A DNA stretch of 64,000 nt from Dimorphilus gyrociliatus. Its lineage: Eukaryota; Animalia; Annelida. Location of the stretch: contig CAJFCJ010000003.1 of assembly GCA_904063045.1 (NCBI GenBank), forward strand, positions 1,240,001-1,304,000, in the 5' to 3' direction. The notes under the pieces are model-generated. The model made no database searches, was not told the DNA's origin, and saw only the letters and a program-made list of their open reading frames with translations. Below, piece by piece: positions 12,513 to 23,900 of this stretch. A program made the translations under genes and the position numbers. Numbering within the stretch: the stretch's first letter is position 1; each line of letters begins with the position of its first letter.

Positions 12513-13171
12513 ATATTCTAATTTCTATAAATAATTACAAATAAATTTGTTTTTTAGCCGAAAATATTTATAGTTGAAAATGTAACCACAATTTACTTCC
12601 TCTTTACTGTTTGTTTATTTTACTTTTTTCGTCAAGGAAGTTATGTTTGGTGAGAATTTTTCACCTTTTCCATAATAAACGGTTAAAAATATATGTTTCT
12701 ATATATGAAATACATGTTTATTTATTAGTTTGAACAATTTACTTTAAAACATTTTCATTTTTTCCTTATTGAATAAAGAATAAGAATTTCATTTCTAAAT
12801 TTTGCTATTTTTAGTTTTTTAGACAGTTATTCTTCAAGTTTTAGTGCATTGAAGGATTAACCTTAAATTATAATAGCGTATTGTTAATAAAATATCTTTT
12901 TGCGTGTTTTGCCGACTGATATTAAATAATTGAAACTTCTGTATTTGCCTATAATAAATATGGATAATCTTTTCAAATCGAAAGAGATCAAATCCAGACA
13001 TTATGAAATATATTTTTTAATATTCATATCCTAAAGAATTTATAAGTAAGATCATACATGTTATATCTATTTTTACCAAAATAGTTATTTCTTAAATCTT
13101 ATTGGCGAATTGTTTTACCATAGTTTCTATAGTTCCATATGAAAAGATAAACAAACCCTTTTAGAGAAAGT

Positions 13172-14798
13172 ATGCTTGGAAATAGTATTATCCACATACT
13201 CGTTTTACTAATTATTCGTGCTTGTGCTTCCGACATTAGTCAATGCGAAGTTCGACACTGCAAAGTTGAAGAGTGGAGCAGTTGGTCACAATGTTCTACA
13301 GTATGTAATAATGAAGGTAACACTACCAGAGTCAGAAAAGTGTCTGTTGAAGCATTTTGTGGAGGAACTGTCTGTCCTCCTCTAAGAGAAGTTCGACCGT
13401 GTCAGTCTTTATGCATACATGGAAATATAGAAGAAGGCTTCTGCAAATGCAATCCAGGATGGATGGGAAACTGTTGTCATATAGGTAAGTCAATCAAAAA
13501 TGTAATCATTTCATTGTAACAACTAATCAAATGTCAACTGTTTTGTTGTAGATATTGATGAATGTAACAAGACAACCACGTGTAAATACATATGCAAGAA
13601 TACTGAAGGATCGTATCAATGTTTATGTCCTTCCGGTCACAAAACGGTAGGAAATGAGTGTATAGGTATAAACGCATACATTATCTCTTTTAATCATCCA
13701 ATACATTTCAATGTATTTGCTCCAATAAAGATATTGACGAGTGTTCATTGGACATGTGTGATCAACGCTGCAAGAACTCGATTGGTTCTTTTACTTGTAG
13801 TTGTGAAGAAGGATACAAGTTAACAGAAGATCTAGTGCATTGCGAAGAAGTCAACGATTGTTCAATAGATAATAAATGTCATCAATTGTGCATTAAGGAT
13901 GAAAACAATGATGACAAATGCTTATGTAGATATGGATTCTATTATTCGAGTATAAAGCAGAAATGTTATGGTAAATATTCAATTGATGAGGAATAATTAG
14001 GACAATTTGTTATCTCTCTCTCTCTCTTTTAAATTCCAATTAATAAATTGCAGATATTGATGAGTGTTTGGCAAATGATAAAGTCTGTGATCACAATTGC
14101 ACTAATACTGCTGGTTCCTTCATTTGTAAATGTAATGAAGGATATAAGACAATAAACAAAGGAAGAACTTGCCAGGATATAGATGAATGTAAGGAATTTG
14201 TAACAAATTGTCCATTTTTTTGTGAAAATACTCCTGGCTCATATAAATGTTCATGTCCAGTCGGTTTTCAGTTAGATCCATTTACTTCGAGATGTCAAGG
14301 TAAAATATATTCTTTTCCTCTGTCTCTCTCTCCCTCACTCGCTTTCTCTATGTGCAGTTGTATTATGAACAAGTTTATATTCTCTTTAGATATAGATGAG
14401 TGCCAGACTGAAAGTCATGGCTGTGGGGATAGTTGCATCAATACTCATGGAAGTTTTCATTGCTCATGTAGAGACGGATTTAGTGCGGTGAATGGTACAT
14501 GTAAAGAGGGTAATGGACAATAACTAATTAGTTGATTTTTCATAAAAACAACTTACTTTTGCTTTCGTTTTCAGATAAAAAATTAATAGTTCATGAAAAT
14601 TCTAAACTACATATTAAATATGTTATTTTAATTATCTTGTCTATAATAGCCATATTATCTTTCGCTGTGGTATTAATTTATGTAATTAGAAGGCAATATA
14701 TAGTTAATATCCCCCGTGGCCCGGTACCTTCTCCAAATAATTCTTCTCTCAGACGCACGTCTTCTTATACCGAACCCATTTCACCGAATAATGCTTAG
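13172..14798 (+). CDS. Gene A6: TSP1-EGF-cbEGF type I membrane protein (~418 aa)
   Basis: Exons 13172-13484, 13552-13665, 13731-13970, 14054-14299, 14390-14509, 14575-14798 sum to 1257 nt. Ectodomain nearly identical to A1, with a different signal peptide, TM and short tail. Confidence 0.9.
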
Positions 14799-15180
14799 TA
14801 AGAATATTATCAATATTAGGGGACTCAAAATAAAACTAGAAGGAGAAGGAATATATGAATTTATTCATTGAAAAACGTTAGTTCAGTTTTCAATATGTAT
14901 ACAGTTGTTAAAAGTTGTTATTTCTTCTTTTTAAAAGTATAATTTCTATGTAACTTGTTAAATTTTTCTGTGTGATTTCTTCTATTCGTATACTAAATAG
15001 CAAATATTCTTGCTGAAATGTTAATTAGGAATACAAAGGAAAATCGAAGGAAAAATGAAAAGAGAATGAAAATAGATAGAAGAGAATTAAGAGAAATGTT
15101 ATGATAGTAACTTAGCACAATAAAAGAAGATTGAAAGATTGAATGCTTTTAGGAAAACAATAGAAATAAAAGAGAATTTT

Positions 15181-16107
15181 TTATTTCTTTACAAAATAAC
15201 TTTTAATTTGAAATAAAAGTTTATATAAACTTTCTTTTAAGTTTCTATGAGCAAAGATATATAACCATGGATTAATTATTGGCATTACGGCAGAGATTGA
15301 AAAAGCCAACAATACAGGAAAGTTAAAAACATATGGAAAATATATGGTTATAACAATTAAGAAATATGTTAAGACGAATAAATGAATTACAAGTGAAATT
15401 AAACAAAATATTGCAGATTTTGAAATATTTATTGCATGTTGCTGTTGCTGAACATGATCGAAACTTCTTTCCAAGTCCCAAACTTTTTTCTTTTGACCTC
15501 TAGCAATAAATATTATTAACGTATGACAAATGGAGCTTATTGCAATAAAAGGTAAACCAAATATTCCAAGTATAATTAGAATTGAATAACGTGAGTAATA
15601 GAGAACGTTATCGCATATTTTCATTACATCAGGGCTATTTTTTAGAAAAAAGCTGGAATATATTGGAAAAGGATAGACTATTGCAGTGAGTAGTATGAAG
15701 CATGCTACCATAAAAACTACAAGTTTTTTTGAAATAGCTTGTTCAAAATTTAACGGATATCTTATATTCAAATATTTAAATATATATATGCATAATATCA
15801 AATAACTAGATGTAGCGAAGAAAAATGTAGGTTCTATCATAACCAAAACACAAATTGGTTGACTATGTAACAAAGATGGATGTTTTATTATAAAACTCAT
15901 TGTTAAAACACAAACGCAATATAGCGATTCTGAAGTGTTCAAAGAGAGAATTAATAAATTATACTTGACCTTTGATGTTGTTAATTTCGCTATCAAAATC
16001 AAAGAAAATCCATTTCCAATCATACCAATTAATGATAATGTCATCATAACATTTGACATTACTGTCGATGATAATTTTGTTATACCAAGTATTGTGATAT
16101 TAAACAT
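15181..16107 (-). CDS. Intronless class A (rhodopsin-like) orphan GPCR G1 (~308 aa)
   Basis: Seven hydrophobic segments, GN in TM1, LNxSE in TM2, FKYLNIRYPL at the DRY position, NPWLY in TM7. First ATG at 16107 (the ORF track starts at an upstream TTG). Confidence 0.88.
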   Translation of the reverse strand: MFNITILGITKLSSTVMSNVMMTLSLIGMIGNGFSLILIAKLTTSKVKYNLLILSLNTSESLYCVCVLTMSFIIKHPSLLHSQPICVLVMIEPTFFFATSSYLILCIYIFKYLNIRYPLNFEQAISKKLVVFMVACFILLTAIVYPFPIYSSFFLKNSPDVMKICDNVLYYSRYSILIILGIFGLPFIAISSICHTLIIFIARGQKKKVWDLERSFDHVQQQQHAINISKSAIFCLISLVIHLFVLTYFLIVITIYFPYVFNFPVLLAFSISAVMPIINPWLYIFAHRNLKESLYKLLFQIKSYFVKK

Positions 16108-16619
16108 TTTAACCAGTTTCTGCTTATACAAATTCAAGTATACGTATACTTTTTACCTGTAGAGAATCCAAAGTGTAAATGTTTCCTTATATTATCATTT
16201 TACAGCTATTAATAATTAAATTCAGTCTACATTATAAATCGTAAATAAACTGTACTAGGTTAATTGCATGGCTTTGCTACTGCAGAAGAAAAATTAATGT
16301 TAATTATTCAGAAAGATGTAATACACTATATTGGTAAAAGGTTTATGGCAAATATATTGTTATGTACTATATAAAATAATCATTCTTAAAGATGATAAAT
16401 AAAATTATTTATAGTTTATTCACAGTTTTCAAACAACAGTAATGATGGAAAACATTAATGTATTACGTAAGGTTACTAATTAATATAAATCGATTTCATC
16501 ATTGATAACCGTTAAAAGTAAATGTCTTCTCAAGAGCAAACAATGACAGTGCACATTTCTGTAATGATTAAAAAACAAAGAGGAATAAACTAGAACAGTA
16601 ACAACATACTGATATTTCA

Positions 16620-17567
16620 TCATCCTTCAACTTTTCTATTCTTAAAGTACTCTTTTATGGGCTTTATTCTTTTATACATAGATTTTTTCAAACTTTTATC
16701 ACCAAAGATAAATAGCCAGGGATCGACAAGCGGGCTAAGTATGCTGAGGAACATTGATAAAAGTGACCAAGCTGACGAGATATCCAAAAAAATGATTGCG
16801 GATGACGCTATAAAAAATGTCCATATAAATAAATTTAATAAAAGAGACGCCAGAAAAAACATAGCAGATCTGGAAACATTTGAAACTGTTAATATATTTT
16901 GTCGGTTATTAACTTCGAATCTTCCTTCAATATTCATAATCTTTTGATGTTGATTTTTAGCAATTAATATAATACGAATATGTAAAACTAAACTAAGGGC
17001 AATGCACGGAATTACAAACATGACTACAATAGATAAAATAGAATATTTACTAAACGATACTTTATTACCGCAGAACTTGAAAAATTCAAAATTAAATATA
17101 TTCCATAAATGACCATGAAAAGGATAAGAAAATGATACTGAAACTAGAACAAGAAGGATTATAATCATAAAAACAAGATGCCTTATTTTAAATACTTCAT
17201 TGAAAGTTAAAGGATATTTTATATGTAAATATTTATAGATATAGATACAAGATAGGAAATAATTGGACGATACAAAAAATACAGTTGGTTCAAGCAATAA
17301 TAAAAGACATAAAAATAGATTTTCCAGTAGATATAGATGTAAAAACGTATACGAAATTAAAAAGGAACATGTGCTAAAAAATATATCCGATATATTTAAC
17401 AAACCAATTATAATGTATAACTTATTCCATGATGATCTTGTACTTAGTATTATAAATAAAGAGAATACATTACTGAATAATGCCAATACTGCTGTAATCG
17501 TCGAAAGTACAACAGTTATATTTAAGAGCACACCTCCTTTTCCAAATATTGAGAGAGTACTATTCAT
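16620..17567 (-). CDS. Intronless class A orphan GPCR G2 (315 aa), paralog of G1
   Basis: 7TM pattern, N-terminal NST/NIT sequons, LNISD in TM2, YKYLHIKYPL at the DRY position, VSRSAMF, DPWLF in TM7. Confidence 0.88.
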   Translation of the reverse strand: MNSTLSIFGKGGVLLNITVVLSTITAVLALFSNVFSLFIILSTRSSWNKLYIIIGLLNISDIFFSTCSFLISYTFLHLYLLENLFLCLLLLLEPTVFFVSSNYFLSCIYIYKYLHIKYPLTFNEVFKIRHLVFMIIILLVLVSVSFSYPFHGHLWNIFNFEFFKFCGNKVSFSKYSILSIVVMFVIPCIALSLVLHIRIILIAKNQHQKIMNIEGRFEVNNRQNILTVSNVSRSAMFFLASLLLNLFIWTFFIASSAIIFLDISSAWSLLSMFLSILSPLVDPWLFIFGDKSLKKSMYKRIKPIKEYFKNRKVEG

Positions 17568-18180
17568 AATCTCTTTATTCCTTTTCTTACTTGTTTTATG
17601 GTACTGTATATTCTGGAAGAAATTGCTTTTTTATATTGACAACCTGAGCACATATATTGATGCACATTTCTGAATAAATTATGCAAATTAACAATATATT
17701 TATAACAGGTATTCAACTAACTTAATAATTAAGAAACAAACATTTACCCATTTAATTCTCAGTTGATAACCCGATATAAAATACGATAGTTTAAACTATT
17801 AACAGTTTGTAAAGGTTATTATTATCCGGCCTTTGATTTTTCTTTTATACATTATATTCCATAAGAAAAGAAAAGAAACAATTCTATTAAAACAGCTAAA
17901 TCTGTCGAAAGTCATTTCGAATAGGGAATAAATTTGATTCCTTTGAAACGTTTAAACTAACTATACGTTCGAGTGCAAATTAACTTATTAATTAGTAGAA
18001 TGTCAGTTATCTACAACCATTTTTTCCCTATAGTATATAACTTAGCAGGAAGAAAATAGATTTTGTATTTCTAGTTCTATTAACCATTTTAGTAGTATTG
18101 AAATTGTATTTTCCCTTCTCTATTTATGATTTATATATCACATTCAATTTACTTTTTCAACTCTTATATGGTTGAATGAC

Positions 18181-20084
18181 ATGAGATATTTCAAGTATAC
18201 GGTAATCCTCTATCTTTGGAATTTTTTCTTCAATCTTAATTGTAAAGCCTTGACGTGTGACGATATTAACTGTGAAAGAATATGGGGACAATGGTCTGCT
18301 TGTTCAAAGTTGTGTGGTAAGACAAATAGAACTGAAATATATAAAAATCATCAATTATCTTTGAATTGCCCCAAAATTGAAAAATGTGCAAAAGAGGAGA
18401 GTGAATACTGCAATTGCAGATCAGATTGTGAAAATGGTTTTTTCGGTTGTTGCTGCGATATAGGTTTGATAGAGTAATTCATCATTTTTAATTTACTTGA
18501 ATAATTTTTTTTCTTAAATTAGATATTGACGAATGCAAAGCAATTCCCAGTCCTTGCTCTCAAAGATGCGTCAATACGAGAGGATCATATAGGTGCGAAT
18601 GTTATGATGGATTCATCTTAGATGACAGTGGAAGAAAGTGTATAGGTAATTTAGTGTATTAGGCGTATTATAAATATATTATTTATTTATTAAATAAGAT
18701 CATGATGAATGTAATACGAATAACGGAGGATGCAAGGATGTATGCCAAAACAGTTTAGGATCATATTCCTGTTCCTGTCGGAGTGGTTATAATATAGGTA
18801 ATGATGGAATTTCTTGTATAGGTTAGTTAATTAACATCTAACTATATCTTCGTAATTGTTTTTATTATTGTCAGTTAACGATTTCTGTTCCTCGAATAAA
18901 AGAAAATGTTCTCAAATATGTATAAATACACAGACAAGTTCGAAGTGTTCATGTTATCCTGGATATAAATTAGACAATGATGGCATTACGTGTTCAGGTT
19001 GAATTTTCTATTTTATGACGTATTTTGCTTGTAATATCCTTTTACACAGATATTGACGAATGTGAAGAGAACGAACACAATTGTTCTCAATTGTGTTATA
19101 ATACGCAAGGATCTTTTATATGTTCTTGTAAAGTTGGATATCGTCTAAAATTTAATACAAAATGTTTAGGTATTGCTTGAATTTTTCATTTTTAAATTTC
19201 TTCCTCTATTCTACATTTATTCAAAGATATAAACGAATGTGCAGAAAATGATCATAGCTGTTCGCATATATGTAATAATTCTCCGGGATCTTTTAGCTGT
19301 AGTTGCCCTTTCGGTTATAGATTAGACGGCGATAAAGTCAACTGCGAAGGTTTTAAAATAGTACTAGTATCTTCTATGTTAAAAATAATATAAAAATAAA
19401 TTATCTACAGATGTTAATGAGTGCCGAACTAATGTTTGTGATCATGTTTGTGAAAATACCGAAGGATCTTATAACTGTCACTGTAAAGATGGTTACAAAT
19501 TTAATAAAACTAGCCAATTATGCGAAGATATTGATGAATGTTCAACAGAAGGACAAAAATGTGAACATTCTTGTGAAAATACTCCAGGACATTTTAATTG
19601 TTTATGCTCATTTGGCTTTGAAATAGACCATAATAAATACGATTGTAAACGTAAGTTATTCTATATTTTAGAATACTATGGATCATTAACAAATTCTTTT
19701 AAATCTTTAGTAAATTTAACAATAAAAATCATCATTGGTGCATGTGGTTTCGTTGTTCTAAGCGTGACACTAATATTGATAGCATGTTGTATCTACTGCA
19801 AGACAAGGTAAGTCAAGTCCAACTGAAATTCTCCTGCAAAAATGAAAAATCTGTTCAATAGAAGAGATACGAGTTATAAGAAAACAAGAAAACGCATAAA
19901 GAATGTTTTAAAAAAGACATCTGATTATAAAGAAGATATAAAGCGACAGAAATATATGGGATCTCATATACCAGCAACATTTAGGGAAACCAATCAAAGT
20001 ACTAATTTGCAAGTAATAAATATAGAAGGAACCAATAATTCATCCTCATCCGACTACGTAAATGAATGTTTTTCAGAATTTTAG
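18181..20084 (+). CDS. Gene A7: divergent family member with short TSP1-like head, 7 EGF/cbEGF, TM and tail (~484 aa)
   Basis: Exons 18181-18463, 18523-18645, 18699-18821, 18875-18997, 19050-19169, 19227-19349, 19411-19650, 19711-19807, 19862-20084 sum to 1455 nt. [33 protein letters not shown], tail ending [10 protein letters not shown]. Confidence 0.88.
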
Positions 20085-20905
20085 AACATTGATTTATAAT
20101 GTTAATTGTTACTTTTTCTATTATATTATTAATTTATGAATTATAGTACAGTATATGCAAATAAGCGATTTTTTCAGTATTAACTAGCGACATCTGCATA
20201 AACATGAATTTATTCCTGACCTGAAAAATAAGTAGATATTAATGAATGTTTGGATAGGAACGGAAGTTTGCGATACAATTTGCGTAGATATTAAATACTT
20301 TCCCATTTTAGATAGGAGTCATTAAAACAGAGTTAATTAACTTTTTTCAAATAAACAACTCTTCAAAGTAAAATTTTACAAACTAAACCGGAAATGAGAA
20401 GTATAAAGTTTTAAAAGCGTTTGGATGAAAAGTGTATTCGTTTCGCCCAACAGATAGTTGTAATTTCTGATATAATTTAAAATTCAAATACTATTTCCTT
20501 TCCATATTTTTAATAAATTGGAATATCATTAATTAATATTAATAATTGGATTTTGCTTTGTTGGAAAAAAACAACTGTTTCTTTTCTTTTTGTTTATAAA
20601 TATAAAATATACAATAAAACGGTTTGAAGTATCACAAAATGTAGAAGAAAAAAAAAACAGAAAAAAAAAAAAACAACTTTAACGAACCAAACAATTTCTT
20701 TTTTTTTTGTCTTTAAATTTTGTCTTCTTTTTTTTTTAATAAAAAAAAATAATTAATTATTTATTATCTTTGTTAAAAATAGTTAAATTTTTGCAGTTCT
20801 TGTTTTTTTTTGTTAAACCTTAGGATTTTTCCAAAATGGAACAAAGTGTGTTGCAGTTAATTATGGAGCTCTCTTTCTTTTCTTTTTATTTTGTTATTTT
20901 AACCT

Positions 20906-23900
20906 TTAAACGCATCCGTATTCGTACCAGATACCAGGTTTTTTCTTTGCATCCGGTTTTGGCGGTGTCGAACCAGCACTAGTTGGAGTTGAAGGTAATT
21001 TCCGGCCTGAATCGGGTCTTGAAAATGCGGATTTTGGATTTCCAATAATGGGTCGTACTCTTCTGGGAGGTGGAGCCGGAGGCTCAGGGCGATTGTTGGC
21101 AGCCTCATGGTACGATTTTACAAGATTTCTCACACTACCCGGTGCATAAGAATCCGTTCGCATTTCCCTCTCTTTTGGTCGATTTTGATATCCATTTTGG
21201 TCAGATTCATATGGTACAGCCGACTTTGGTCTAAAATAATGTCTTGGAAGAGTTTGCGTAGTTTGAGGCTGTTGATCAGGCATACCCATTACGCTATGAG
21301 GACGGGCTTGAGGAGATTGACTAATTGGAATGTTCATTTCAGACTTGGCGCGAGTCTGATGCCGCAGAGCTTTCTGCTCATCATCATCCATAATGGTTGC
21401 AGATCTCGGGCCTTGATTAGCAAGATCAGTTTCTTTAATATCTGCTTCAGTGTCGGGCGCAGTTAGATCGACTTTCTTTTCTAGTAAGAATTTTCTCTAA
21501 AGAAAAATTATTCATAATTGTATTACTAATTGATTTAATAAGGAAAAGAAGAATTATACAACTTATCTTACCCTAGATTTAGGAGATTTATTACTTTCAT
21601 TCAAAAATTGACTAAGAGTTATTTGTTCCTCTGGGCCATCTTCAGAAATGCTTGTCTGATCGGAAGCTTTAGATAATAATTTACGTTATTATTAGTTTTT
21701 CATTCACCAAAAAGAATTACATTGAAGAATACTTACAATTTATCATCAAACTTAGATCTCTGACGTGTTTTCGTTTGGCTATAAATAATTATAATATTTA
21801 AATAACAAATGTGATAAGTTAATAATTTTGTATACAAACAATTAGAAGTGTTCCAGCTACTATCCATATCATCACCAAATAGATTTTCGCTTGATTTTGC
21901 ACCTAGATTAACGGAATTTTTTGATTAATAATCGAGAAAACTTTTCAAGTTTTTTAGGAAAAGAATGAAAGGGAAAAATAACATTAGACTTTTGAATATT
22001 TAACACTTAAAATAACATATAAAAAGTCATATGAACTAACCTATTTGTTAGTAAGATATAAGTTATCTATTAATATATTTCCTTAGAAAATAGATTCTAT
22101 TTAACGAGTAAAAGAAGAATACAACGTAAAGACGACAAGAAAATGATGGAGTGATACGAGGAAAGAGAGAAAGAGTAAAAATAGAATAAAAAAGATAAGG
22201 GGTAGCATTTTTAGAACCGGGTCAATGACACTCACTACGCATAATGTTTGAAGTATGCCCATTACCAACAAGATTAATTGCGGTTGTCGATCGTGCGAAA
22301 TTCTTCGATTTTGACATCGATGACGGAGTAGATTTTTTGCCACCTGAACCCAACCAATTAGTAAAAGAAAAAAAAACAAAAACAACCAAAAAATCAAAAG
22401 AAAATAATAGCAAAGTGTTTCATTTCTTTTGATTTAATGGTAAAATTATCTAGTTTTTGCTATAAAAAGGTAATCAAATAATCTAAAAAATATATTTCCT
22501 CGAATAACAATAATATGTCATCTATATATATATACAGTATATATATAGAAACATTAAAGATACTATTTATAAATGATTATATACATTCAATTCGTGGAAA
22601 TATAAAACTACTAGAATTTTATGGTTATTTCAAAATGGTTAGCAATTAAAAAAGTGAATTTTTAAGTAGGAATCGTTATTGATGATTTAACGGCGGATAA
22701 ATTTTAAAATATACCTCTTCTTACTCCACTTTCATCGAAACTTCCACTACCGAAACTGCCACTTCCAAAACTAGAGTTTTCTTCTCCTTCTTTAATTTCG
22801 CTTGCTTTACCCCATTCTTTACTTTTAGTTCTTGTCATCATACCTTTCGCTCTTCGTACTAGGTTGGCGGCAAAACTAGTTTTCCTTTTAGGTGATGGTT
22901 CATATCTTTTATATTGATCCATTATCTTTTCTTCTAGTTTCTCTTTTTGTCTTCTTAAATCGTTCATTTTTTCTAGATAATGTCTTTGTTCGTCGTGCAT
23001 ATGCTGTTTACTTTCTAATACAGTAGTCAGTAAATCTTGATTTTGATTAAGAATTGTTTGTAATTGTAGCATTAAACCTCTGTTTTCTTCCTCTAATTTA
23101 CAAACAATTTGCTCTAAAGAGTCTACCTTATTGCCTAACTTGCATATTTCCAAGTCGGCTTCCCGAACTTGGTCAACAGCTTCCCTTATAGCATCTTCTT
23201 GTTCAGCTTTACTCTTTTGCAGCCTTTCTATTTCTTTCTGCAGGATATCATTTCGGTGTTTCCATTCGTCTTCACCGGCTCTTTTCGCATTGCTAAATTC
23301 TTTTGCAAATCTGTCATTTTCGGCATTTAACTGATCATTTAACTTTTGTAGTTTATCACAGTCTTCTTGTAATTTCTCGTATTGTCTAAGAGCATTTTCC
23401 AGTTCGCCACTAATGGACGCTTTCGTCTTTTGGGCAACGTTTAATTGTTGTTGGCAACTTGTTAGATGAGATTGAAAAGTTCGATTATCAACTTGTAATT
23501 GAGCATTCTGACGTTGTAAGGATTCCAATCTACCCTGACAGGATCGAACTTCAATTTGCGATTCATTGCGAATCTTTTCTAAATTGTCATTTTTCTCCTG
23601 TAATTTATTCGTATGAATTTGCATTGAACGATTTTCTGTTTCCAGTGTAGCATTAGCTCTTTCCAATTGGATCAGATGATCTTTCAATTCAATAATTTCA
23701 TTACCTAATCGGCTTTTGACATGATTTTTTGAGTCGTTAGACAGAGATTTTGAGAAAAGTTTATCCTCTTCAGCCCTCTGCAGGAGAACATTATGGTCCC
23801 TCTGAACAGATCTAAGAGTTTCTTGGATTTGGATATTACGATTTTTTGATTCGGCTAATCTTGTGTCGAGTTCTCGAATTTTTTCATCTTTTAATTCCAG

